This document shows positions 52,340-64,000 of a stretch of DNA of 64,000 nt, one piece after another (the stretch's first letter is position 1; the number at the start of each line of letters is the position of its first letter). The notes below the pieces were generated by a model. It ran no database searches. It saw only the letters and a program-made list of their open reading frames with translations, and was not told the DNA's origin. Source of the stretch: Oopsacas minuta (taxonomy: Eukaryota; Animalia; Porifera); assembly GCA_024704765.1 (NCBI GenBank), contig JAKMXF010000326.1, positions 248,001 to 312,000 on the forward strand, in the 5' to 3' direction. Position numbers and translations under genes: made by a program.

Positions 52340-53900
52340 GATAATGTATTATTGTCGTATAGGAAGTCATCTTTTGTAAGTGCAACGGTCATATTAGTTT
52401 ACCAAATAGTGTGGAATTTAAGTTATGCGATATTCATACTTTCCATATATGGTCATATTGTCAAAAGAAACATATCAGTTAGCTATAGATACATGAAATA
52501 TATTATTAGCGTATGGGAATTCACATTAAAGGACTCCGTAGATAAGATGGATTCACCAAAATTATTTGTGAATTTATGTTAAAAACTTTCACAGTTTTCC
52601 AAATATGATAATTTCTTGATTATATGAACATCAGTAGCTTTAGAGATATGAAATGCGTTAACTTAACTTCGAGCGAATGAATATCCTAAAGAATTGTTGA
52701 AATACAGGACATCAGTCCAGAAAAGCAAATGTTTTTTCAAAATATGGCAATTTAATTGCTTACTAAGCAATAATTGAGCGAAGTTATCATTCTAAATTGA
52801 TCTATCTTAAAAGCCATGCAGTGCGATAAATATTGTTCTTTGATCAAGATGTTGAAATATTTAATAATCTAAAACTGTTTATGCACATAATAGGAAAATT
52901 TAATGATAAAGTGGGTACGTTTCAGAGTTAAAGTAGAGATCATGGATAACACAAGTTTTCTCAATATCCACCTAACTCGATAATTGTTACAATTATTGTC
53001 AAATCTGGATAGCCTATATGTAGTATACCCTAACTTACCCCATCCTTATAATACAGTCTGCTATGATATCTGGCACCAGAGTATCATATTCATGGATATG
53101 CCAATATATGGTCATATAAGATTGGACAATAATCTTTAGTGATATTATATCAAAATGTTTTACAAGGATTCTGTAAGTTGGGTGCTATATATTGTGTATC
53201 CAGAAGTGACAAAAAGTGCAGGGATTGTTGAGTGAAAAGTGGATATGAAAGATACATGTGTGATCCATGGTCTCTACGATAACTAGAGACCATGGATGAC
53301 AACGTGCCAAATTTATCATTAAAATATATTTACTATTTTATGCATAAACGGTGGAGATCATTTACTAACACAGCATTTTAGATTCATGACAAATATTTAT
53401 CACTCTAAATGGTATGTAAGAGAGATCAATTTAGAATGGTATATTTCGCTAAATTTTAGATTATTAAGCTATTCAATTGGCACTTTTCGAAAGATTGGCT
53501 TTTACCGGACTGATGGCATGTATTTCTAAAATCATCCAGGATATTCGTTCGACTCGAATTTAAATTTACAGCATTTCATAGTTCTAAAGCTAACTGATGT
53601 TGATATAATATAGATACTACAATATATGGAGGGTGTGAAAACAGATAACTTAAAATTCCACAAATAATTGAGGTGAATCGATGTTATCGACGGAGTCCTG
53701 TAATATCATTTCCCATAGACTAATAATAAAATCATGCGCATATAGCTAACTGATTTTGGACATATGACAATACTATACCACCTAAACAAAGGTGTGAATA
53801 TCGCATAACTTAAATTCCACAATATTTCCGCAAAACCAATATAATTGTTGGACTCACACAAGATTGACTTCCTATCCGACGAAGACAATCAATCGATTAT
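52340..53900. repeat. Old foldback element with ~490-bp diverged inverted arms
   Basis: 52340-52830 aligns to the reverse complement of ~53390-53900 (e.g. aatatcgcataacttaaattccaca, acggagtcct, aacatcagt(t)agctttaga, cattctaaattgatct). Confidence 0.8.
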
Positions 53901-55671
53901 TTCATTGATAGATAATTATTCTTTCATAAACATCATGCCGAACCAGAGAATTCGAATTAGATATAGGGAGTTTCAGTATAATAGCAAATCTCGGAATTTC
54001 CATCAAAACAGCATATGCCGTAGCAAGGCAGAAACAAATTGGTCAGGATATTCAATATGTGCGGAAAGATACACGTTATTTAATGCAAAAGGATAAGCGA
54101 TACAAATATGCATAGTGTCAATTCTAACCAAAACAGTGTAGTTAGCATATTAGCAACTCGCATTTTGAACGGATTTCAGTTGCTAATATGTAAATTGAAA
54201 TAGGAACAGAAACAATACAAGATCTACACATGGGACATGCAAATATGTTGCATTATGGGAATATTGCTATTAGCGATTCGCAAATAAGGTGAATCCATTG
54301 TAATCATAGTAAATATAGAAAAATACCGATGCAAAATTATATATAAAATACAAATGTGTAATATCGACGAAAATGCAAGTGATACGAAACGTGGAAGCAA
54401 TATTTTATTGAAAATATTATACTTAGGAGACATCACAGTGAGTAGAGAATTTTGGACAAGGTATGAGGTTGGGGATACAACAGGAATATAGATAGTAGAA
54501 TATTGCAGAAAAAGACAATTTTCGCAAGAACCAAATCAATGTATCATTCATTTATGATAAACAATTCAGGGTTGTGACAAAAATCTTTCTAGAATGGATC
54601 TATTTGAAAAATATGCATTCTTTGACACATTTTGGAAAGTAATGATGAAAAAATAATCCCACAATCGGCTTGCATTTATCAAAGTGATCACTCAGGATAT
54701 TGGACAAATTGAGAAGTAGTTGTGATGAAAATACAACAATCAATCATGTGTATACGCCCGCTCCCGCAGGGCTTTAAACAAGTCATGGGAATTACTTGCA
54801 ATGACTAGAGACTCTTGAGTCACAGAGTCAAGAATCTCAAGTCATCGATTCTGACTCGAGAGTCACATACAGTGGTGTAAATTGGCAGTTAGTAAACAAT
54901 AGGCATCTCTGTAGTAGAAACGCTCATGGAACCACCATTATATAGGTTTGGATAGTGTAAAAGGGAATTGGAACCTCAGAACAAATTTTCAGATCCCATA
55001 AGATGCAGTTATGATTTCAGTTACAGTCGCACAAATATATTCCTTGTATGGGGATAAATATTTCTTTGGAACTCATGATTTAGGAAATATTATGAATTCA
55101 AAGTTGAATTTTGTGAAAGAATCGTGAATTCATATTATTATCGAACCAAATTTCCACTATGGAATGGAAAAAGACGTTGGACAGTTGTGATAACATCATT
55201 CACAAATATTCAACCCCAAAATAAACAAAATCCTACATTTGAATGTTGTAATACATAAATAACTTCCCGAAATTAGACGCAGGTTTTATGATTTGATATA
55301 AGCCCACGTCAAATAAATTACTTGTTTCTCATCCATTTTCTTTGTGAAACAGGGGCGGGGGGCGGTATATTATTTTATTTTTTGCTTAGCGTAATTTTAC
55401 TAATTTATTTAAACTATCTCGTGAATACGAATTTCTGATAAGACGAACAATATTCGTACAAAATCAGGTCTCTACAACCGTACTTCAATGGATACTACTC
55501 CGGTTAATGGACTCCGGAAAGGCGACTAAATTTAACCGTAGGGTCTGTCGGTGTTCGTATTAAGCTTACACTGTATATGGGAAAACTAATATTCACTTCC
55601 TCTCTATAATCTGAATTATTGTACAAATTAAATAATAAAGATAAAAAATAGTAATAACAAAAATTTAGTGC

Positions 55672-55850
55672 ACACCCCAGGGCTGATTTTTGCCATACAG
55701 GGAGGGGTATTTGGGCCTGACTCGGACAGGTTTGAGTCTTAGACGAAATTATGATGCAATTGCCACCTTTTTGGATTTTCGAAAAATCACATGATTAGCC
55801 ACACTGTTCAGCGACCTAGCGAGCGAATCGCGCTAGTAACCGAATAATTT
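55672..55850 (-). repeat. Dispersed repeat family X, internally deleted copy 3
   Basis: Reverse complement matches both the 3' block of 21935-22040 and the gctaggtcgctg block. Confidence 0.55.
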
Positions 55851-58800
55851 AGTAGTTAACTCGTCGAAAGATAATACTTTAACAACAAATTGTCTCTAAT
55901 CTGTGTCTTAATCGTAGGCTCCAGGAGGGGGAGAGGGGATATATCCACCCCAACAAGAGTAATTTAAATTATATGAAATCATAGTGGAATTGGAAATTCA
56001 TGCCAATTCACTGAATCATTAGCTCAAATTCCAAACCGTAACTTTCGACTTGCTTCACGAGCATCTTACTCTAAAGATCATGTTGTATTTCCATAATTTC
56101 AGGTATATACATACTATTCCAAGGATGGAAGTGCATTGAATTGAAACGGTGGGTCTGTACAAGCATTATGAGCAAGAAAACACTTGATAAGATGATGAAA
56201 GTTTTGTCCAAGTTGAAAAATTATCGGCTGCTATATTATTTGAAACTTGTGCCCGTGCAAATGTATACAAGTAATACAAGTTATACAACATATCATAAAC
56301 ACAATGAGATGATGTGCTTTCATAGTCAATCGATAACTTTTCCATGCAAATGTCTAGTACGCAGAAAGGGTCTAGGGTGCTTGCAAAGTAGAATTATACA
56401 TCTTGGAATTAGACTCGGATTTTAAGTCTTACCTATCTACACATTGTGTAAAAATTTCAAAGTAATCGGAGAAGATATGAATGAGCTAAGTGAGCTTGCA
56501 TTTGGTCAATCTGTCATCTATAAGGCCGCTCAAATTTTCAAAATGTCCCCCAAGTCTCTCACTGTGTGTAGGGAAACCATCATGTTCTAAACGGTTATAT
56601 GTAGCTCTGATATGTTTACATGCTGTGTTAGAGCCGGAATTTCGATTTCGAACCAGCCAGCACAGAATTCGACTCACAATCTCTCTAACACCTCGAAAAC
56701 CAAGGAGTATTTCTGAAATGTTGGAGTAAATGTTGAGCCGATCTCTGGGTTGGCCGGTACGAAATATAAAAGTAGTGCTCTAGTAAAGCATATAAACATA
56801 CCACTACATATGATGATGCAAGTGCTAGACTTTAGGGATATTATGAAAATTTGAGGCGCTTCGTAGAGGAAAATGTAGACGAAAATGCAAACTCAAGTGG
56901 CTCAGTCAAATCTTATGAGATTGCTTTGAAATTTCACACAAAATATAGATAGGTTAGATGTGTCAAAATCTGAGTCAAATTTGAAGATCTAGACCTTTGT
57001 GATTCAGCACCCTGACCCTCAAATTTCACTTAGATACATTTGCTGGAAATGAAGGTAGCTCTCGCAAACAATTGTAACTTATCTAGTATCTACTCTTACT
57101 AGTTCGAATGATGAGCACGAATTTAGTCTAACTTGAATATCTGATTGAGCACTCTTGACCATGAAATAATTTCGAGATTAAGTTACCTGAAAGTAGAATG
57201 GCAACGAATTATGTGACAAATATGGCTTATCGTTCAGGGGTTTACAGGCCCTCAGACCCCCAACTGGACAATTATCCCCATCACAATCAATTCCTGGATC
57301 CACCACTAGCTGTAAAATGCTACATTACAGGACTGTGCCTGTAATGCAATCTGACCAAGTCAAACCTGGGCAGAATTTTTCCAGACCAGGTATGGGCCAG
57401 GTCACAGCCTGGGCACTGAAAATAGTAGCTACATGTAGAATCTAGATAGTTGGTAACAATACGTACATATTCACATGTGATTAAATCGTTAAGAATATAT
57501 GTATATTCATCTCGCTTGTTTGTTCTATTAAAAAACAATGCGCTTTTAAATTAAATATCAGGCATTTTTCAAAATTATTGTGCATTAATAATAGAATACT
57601 ATTTTATTCGGTAAATTTAATGTCAGAGAATATTCACAACTCATTGGGAACTATCACGCTTAAACTTGTCCGGGACCAGTTATATGGTGATTATAACTTG
57701 CCCAGGCGAACCAGTTATGGCCGACTATAACTGGTCAGGCCCGCTGTAGTTGCCCAAGAATATACCACCCTTGGGGTAGTTACTGGGCTTGCCTAGTTCA
57801 TACCAGAGTGCGTATATTGAAGGAAGGGTATAATCTCGGCTATTACACCGGACCAGTTGTGGTACCAATAACTGATGCACCCTATGCAGAACGTCTTGCA
57901 GGATCATTATTGGCGCCCAATAAACTATTACTTAGTTACCTACGTCTATAAATGCAATCTAAGCTTAAAAGATGAATGGACCTTGGTAAGAGACCTTCCA
58001 TATAGCCAGGCTAGATATGGGCCGGAGTAGTTGTGCAGTGACAGAGCACTGATATTTACACTTATTAGATTTGACGTGGTTAGGTAAAATAGCTCGCAAG
58101 GCCCTGCAGTAAAGAAAAGGGAAGCTTCAGGTGCACTGGAGGTTACATTATGAAATCTCTAGGCTCTTGCAGGTTTTAACTGATATTTTGAACTAGGTTT
58201 TTGAGTTTTGACCTTCGATATCAATTACTGAGATTTATGTTAAATTTCATCATATTATCTCCCTATGTTCACCAGAGCTGTCAATACTGTGGACTTAGCC
58301 CCTATTCTTTTGCGAATTTAGCCTAGACCCTTATACTATATGGCTAGTGTGATTATTGATAATTGATATTTAGAATATAGAGTTCGAGTTTGTAGAGTTC
58401 ATATATAAAATAAAGATGAAAAGTCGGAAAAGAACTAGCAAATAGTTGGCAGTAAACAGAAAATTGTGATTGCTCACATGCATCACTAAATAGATACCTG
58501 CCTATCTATATAAATATATTTTTTGAAGATAAATACCTCAAGAAATATTGATACTAGATTAAATATTTCTGACCACACGCAAAAACAGACAGGGCAAGCG
58601 TGCTGAATCGATGTAATAGTTGTAAGAATAGGATTGCATTTTTCAGTGACTTTCAACTTCCTAACATCAAATTATATCAATCAAACCCATGTTATTCATT
58701 CTCAATAATTGTTTCTAAATAGCCAGGAGTTGACAGCACGCATTAACAACAATGCATAAATAGATTATGTGTGTATATAAATTTTCCTTAGATTAGCCTA

Positions 58801-59041
58801 TGGTCTTAATGCATAATCTCGAATAGCAAGCATTATAATGACTTTTTCTGCTGTTAGTCTATACTGATACATTACTTTATATGCAAACAGAGATTTCTCC
58901 ATTAAAATGACTGAAATTACAATTAAAGCATCTGGTAATTCAAAATTAAACACAATATGGAAGTAATTTTACTTGCCATCCTCCAAATATAAATGTAAGA
59001 AGTTAAAGCAAATAACAACTTTAATTTGACAATTTACATTA

Positions 59042-60343
59042 CAGGGTGACAAATAGGTTAAGTCCCATTGAAAATGTAATATAACTACACCATGAAGTAA
59101 GATATTGACTTGAAATTATGCTACAACTTAGCTAACTAATGAGAGCTTCATAATATATTCAATTGTTCGATATAGCCCCCTTTCGTTCTGATGACATCTC
59201 TTAGACGCTTAGGGACGGACTTGACAGCGGCACGAAACTTTTCTTGTGGGACTTTTGCCCATTCTCGGGATAAAGAGGTTTGAGAGACTTGAAACTCTTG
59301 TGGAAAGTAGAGGACGCATTTGTCTCCAACATCGACCACAACGAGAACTCCATCGGGTTGAGATCTGGGCTGGAAGGAGGCTATTCCTCCTTGGGGATGA
59401 AGTAGATTGTTTCATAACCACTGTTGGTTGATTTTCGCTGTGTGGGCTGGCGCACCGTCTTACCGGAATAAAAATGGACGATTATTGAACATGGTCTAAC
59501 CTAGGCTTCTCACTACTGGGTCTAAAACGAGCTCCTGATACTTAAAAGCCTAAATTTTTACGACCTGTGGGATAAAAACCAGTGGGGTACGGCCTTTTGT
59601 GGACACCCCCGCCCAACCATCACTGACTGAAGATGCTGAACTCTTTGGACGCATCGTTACTCTTGTGGTATGGAAGATGAAGGAGAGAACAATACTCGAT
59701 CGTTTTAACGATTGTATGCCTACTCGACCATGAATAATTTCTCATCCGAGAACAAAATTTCATCAAGGCCAAATGCTGCAAACCGGGCGAGTAAGGCCTT
59801 GCTCTTGGCTAGTATCTTTTCTTTATTCTGTTCCGAAAAAAGTGAACCTTACTCTTTTGTAAGGAAATAAGCCCATATCGCTCTTCACAATTGTTCGGAC
59901 CGATTCTCTTGATATATTGAGTCCTATCGGCATTTTTCGCATCGAACGTTGCGGGTTTCGCTGAATCTGACTAAGGATAATCTTTCTACTCTGGATAGTG
60001 GTCGCGGATGTTGGACGTCCACTTCTCTGCCTGCCTGAGGTACTACTAGTGTCCTTATATCTTTTAATAATACGATATGACAATTTCCTGCGCTATTTGG
60101 GGAAACTGAGAATGTTCAATATTTCGCTCTGGCTTTCCCTTGCAAATATACATTAACAATTGCCACCCTATTCTTCTGCATTTTGCCTAGAATCTTTTAG
60201 CTTATCAGGATGTATAGATTGCCTTTGAATTCTATTAAATACAGATATTGTTACTTATCTTACACTATTACTGTTCAATCAGCTTCTTGAATAAGGAACT
60301 ACACTTCATCAAACATATGGGATAGAACATATTTGTCACCCTG
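59042..60343 (-). mobile_element. Decayed full-length DD37D (maT) element
   Basis: TA TSDs; TIR cagggtgacaaata(g/t)gtt; ORF remnants RQRSGRPTSATT, FSDEK, DGAPAH, SPDLNP, KSVPKRLRDVIRTKGGYIE. Confidence 0.9.
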
Positions 60344-60547
60344 TATAGGAGCATTTGGCTCGTCGCTTCGCAATGAACTCGGCGCATTACGCCTCGAGGT
60401 GTTCATTACCCTACTAATTGACGGCCCCTTTGAGTATTATACTATTGACAATATCATGTTCGAACTCAGGATACTCGATTAAACAAGTACAATCGTTGAA
60501 ATTATAATTCTACCTCAATTTGGAAATTTGTTTGCTATATATCCATA

Positions 60548-60830
60548 AAAACAACAATAAATTTAAATATGTAATACTTGAAAATGCGAAATTCGGATTC
60601 AGAGTACGTAGTTACCACATCGTAGCATTATAAAGAAAGCCAGTATGTATATTTCGAGATTGAGACATTGTTTTTACTATACATTCAAAAACAACAATAA
60701 ATTTACATATGAGAAACTTGAAAATACCAAATTCTGGTTCAGCGTACTTAGTTGCTCCTGGGTAGCCGTTTAGAGCAAGCCGGTATGTTTATTTTGAGAT
60801 TTGGCAAATTTGTTTACTTTATAGTCATAA
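60548..60830 (+). repeat. Two-unit ~138-bp diverged tandem duplication
   Basis: Both units begin aaaaacaacaataaattta.atatg..aacttgaaaat and share gtatgt.tatt..gagatt. Confidence 0.75.
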
Positions 60831-62601
60831 ACTTCCATATGATTAATCTAAAAGTATGAAAATCGGTTTCAACATGTTCGATATATTTAGTGAAGTTAAT
60901 TGATTTCTATTTCCTTGATAAACACGATAAATACATAATTATGCGACAATTTCAATATTGCATACAGTAAATCCTTTCCTTGACCACGGACAAACAAAAA
61001 ACAGACAGACAACAATTGAGAATAAATAATATTCATTAGTCGTCAGATACTTCTGACATGCATATATATGACAATAACGTCAAAATCTTGTCGGCGTAAA
61101 TATAAATGATGTGTGTTGATAAAAATGTAAAATATAATTCCAAATAGAGAATACAATATCTACAAGAGCAGATCAGCAACGTGTTCACGAAGAGCAATAC
61201 ATTTTCACTAATAAACTATATATAACTCCTGGGCATGACGAATATTTAAATATGCATACGAAATATACCACAAAAGAACTATTTGACTATGTTAGTTAAC
61301 ATTGTGTCTTGGCTAAATCGATAAATATTTTTCTAATTATGTAGTTATAGCCAAACTGCTCATTAAATAGATAATGAGGTAATTAAATTTTCAATTGCAG
61401 AACTCATCGAACTCAAATGAGATGGAACAATTCTGATACCATAGAATTTTACGGGTGTGTATTACACCAGTATGACGCTTGCGAATTGTTTAGAGCAGGG
61501 GTGCTCAAACTTTTAAACCTACGGGCCACTTAACAAATTAGGCTCCACCTCATGGGCAACAAATCATAGATTGCCTCTGGTTTAGTTCAATCAATTTTCA
61601 AGGTATACTATTTGACTTCATATTGCATTGACAATGATTCTACTTGTAAATTCAAGATATTGGCTTAAATTGCAATCTTATAAATGGATTCAAATTATTT
61701 GATGTCTCAATTGAACTCATCTTGTTTTCTGGCAAGTGGACAATAGTACTAAACCTAGAAAGGATGGAACATTCTCTGGGATTGAAAGCCTACGAATGTG
61801 ATTTCCATACTTTTTCCTAACCACAAATCAATTCTAAAAATGCAAATTGTGATGTTACTTTGATTCAATTCAAATCTCGGCATAAATGTACGATATAAGA
61901 AAGAAATTAATGGTTATGAGACAATGAAATTTCAACTTAACATGTAGCCAAAACCAATGGTAATGAGCAGGGAAGCCGATTAGTAAATTGAGTCACTAGA
62001 TGGGGTTAGGACAAAATTTGATGATGGAATGTTGCCATTCATGAGGCATTCCTGTTTTCCTATGGTGCAAATCTGGTAACGACTGATTCTGACTCAGAAA
62101 AAATCAGAGGGTGAATCTTTCAAAAACATTGTATTGGAACCATTGCACACTTTTCAACTTATGCTGGACTATTTCGCGAAAACCAATAAACGTGTTGGTA
62201 CAATAACATGTTATGATTGACTCGAAAAAAGAATAAAATGCAATCATTGTTTAAATTCAATTGCGAGAAGATGAACAATGAAGGGAAAAAATATGAGAAC
62301 AAAGGAATATTCTCTCCAAAAATACAAAATATGGCGTAGAATTACAGTGATGAACTTAGAGGCACAACTCATATGTCCCAATGATTCAATCATTAAATAA
62401 CCAGATACAGTACCTAACTTCATTTTAGCAGGTAAAAACGTGAGGGGATATCAGGACACAATATATTTCGAAATAAATGCAGTTTGACATCAAATGGTGG
62501 GAAATATACCAAATCAAAAATTGTAGAGTTCACATTTTTGGAAATTTCAGGAATATTATGTTGATAATTAGTTTGGAAAATCAAAAGATACTTTGAAATA
62601 C

Positions 62602-63344
62602 CTTGGTTTAGGATGTAACTCGACTAAATTGATAATAATTGAAACGAGGTCTTTGACATGAATTGTTGGCAAAGTGTTTTGTCCGTTTCCGAAAACAGGT
62701 AGTTGAATACCTTGAAATTCTCCAAGCCATGCCTGCTTAAATAAAAAATGCAAGATACATTCACCACCTCCATAAATCAAACCACAACATAGTACATAGG
62801 TAGAAAATAAAGATTTTTTTGTCCGACCTAGCTTAGTAACAAGTTTCTCTAAAGCCAGATGATCTTTAAAAGATGGATGTGAACGTCGCATCCTGTAATC
62901 GTCTTCAGTATAAACTCCATCTGGTTCATCGGGGTCAACAGGCCTAGTCTTTGCCCATGTGAGACATGTTGAAATAAGGATGAATGTCTTTGGCTTTAAA
63001 AATTTGTCTAAGTTTTGGTGCAGGGTATTCACAACAAACTCAGCTTCCAAAATTTGATTAATATCATCGCAAATATTATATATAACAACATCCTGCTCCA
63101 AGATTTTAGGAAGAAGTTTGTTGTAGTCTAAAGGTGACTGTGGATCATGAGAAATATTGTCCTCTAGACTAGTACTACAGTGGGTGCCAGAAACTTGATA
63201 AAATAATTCAGGATTATACACCTGGTCTTCGGAGTGCAAGTTAAGAATTTCATCTCGTATCGAGCCAATAGGAGTATGACAAATGCAATCAGCAAGGATA
63301 GAACCAAGATAAGAGTCAATCTGATTGATAAATACTCTAGACAT
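62602..63344 (-). CDS. AK7: Adenylate kinase 7, first coding exon (NAD(P)-binding-like N-terminal domain)
   Basis: MSRVFINQIDSY..DVVIYNI..KPKTFILISTCLTWAKTRPVDPDEPDGVYTEDDYRMRRSHPSFKDHLALEK..LPVFGNGQNTLPTIHVKDL..HPKP matches AK7; donor AG|gtattt at 62602/62601, phase 2. Confidence 0.95.
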
Positions 63345-64000
63345 AAAGCTCTAAAAGTGGAATAGTGTTTAAACTAAGTAATAATAAATTATAAAACATA
63401 TATGCTTAATTCTTAAAACGAAAAATATTGAGAAACATGCTGACTACGGAATGAGGGTATGCTATAGGGTCTGAATGCATTCACACCTCTAACCATATAA
63501 GATAAAGAAGAGTGTACATGCTAACAGAGTTTAGTATTCAGTACTGGAATGCTGAGAATACTTCGGGAAAAGAAAGAATATAGGTTGGAAGTGCAGTATA
63601 AGGGGTAAGTATACCCTAGAGACCTGCTATAAGTTCCAGTGGTTCGATCTTTTTGAAAATTTTACACCGTAGCCGGTTCATCGAGTTGAGTCCAAAAATG
63701 CACTAACACTTAAACATATATGTGCATTAGAAAATTTCGATTTTTCAAGTAGCCAAACTATTTCGGGAATTCTCTGAATTTTGTTGGCTATATTCCTCAA
63801 ATAGTTTTCGAATTCTGTTCCTAGTCCTTCGAACTGTCTAATACTGGGTGTCTAATAAGTTCTGTTATATATCAATTCCCCAAAGATTTCAAATGTATCC
63901 ATTGTAAAGCCATGAAACCTTCTATTTTCTTAGGACTTATGTTCCTAATTACACATTACAAATATCATTCAATATTGCCTCTCTTTTTATGAATTACGGA

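Noticed and set aside
56486-56677. ORF containing HDGFP, checked as a possible AK7 GYILDGFP exon
   Set aside because: Wrong position (intron 1) and no flanking AK7 similarity; the surroundings look like non-coding MITE subterminal sequence.
62568-62601. C-terminal YFKVSFDFPN of the listed 258-aa ORF
   Set aside because: Intron read-through; the AG|GT donor at 62602/62601 gives the phase needed by exon 2.
63510-63530. gtgtacatgctaac as an RFX X-box for the ciliary gene
   Set aside because: Poor match to the RGYAAC half-site, and the true TSS is unknown.

Overview
AT-rich eukaryotic DNA, almost certainly from an animal; no prokaryotic features and no CRISPR arrays, and the host species cannot be identified from the sequence. 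The window holds the 5' half of one host gene, adenylate kinase 7 (AK7, minus strand). Three exons (63344-62602, 52155-52002, 21255-20978) splice in frame through canonical GT-AG junctions. They are separated by introns of 10.4 kb and 30.7 kb, and intron 3 is at least 21 kb because I found no exon 4. The introns are packed with DNA transposons. Two look intact: a PIF/Harbinger element (transposase plus Myb/SANT protein) and a DD37D (maT) Tc1/mariner element. Decayed copies include four more maT elements, pogo/Tigger, mariner, a P/THAP-like element, several hATs, Chapaev3, a Helitron helicase fragment and many MITE/foldback elements. The most unusual content is a family of NOF/Foldback-like (MULE-type) transposases with a C-terminal OTU-like protease domain, seen in two divergent copies. 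One copy also has an upstream 2A/StopGo-like leader and is flanked by ~440-bp inverted repeats. Its history (Chapaev insertion, hAT MITE insertion, 2.4-kb inversion) can be reconstructed almost to the base. All family assignments are from motif recognition by eye; no database search was run.
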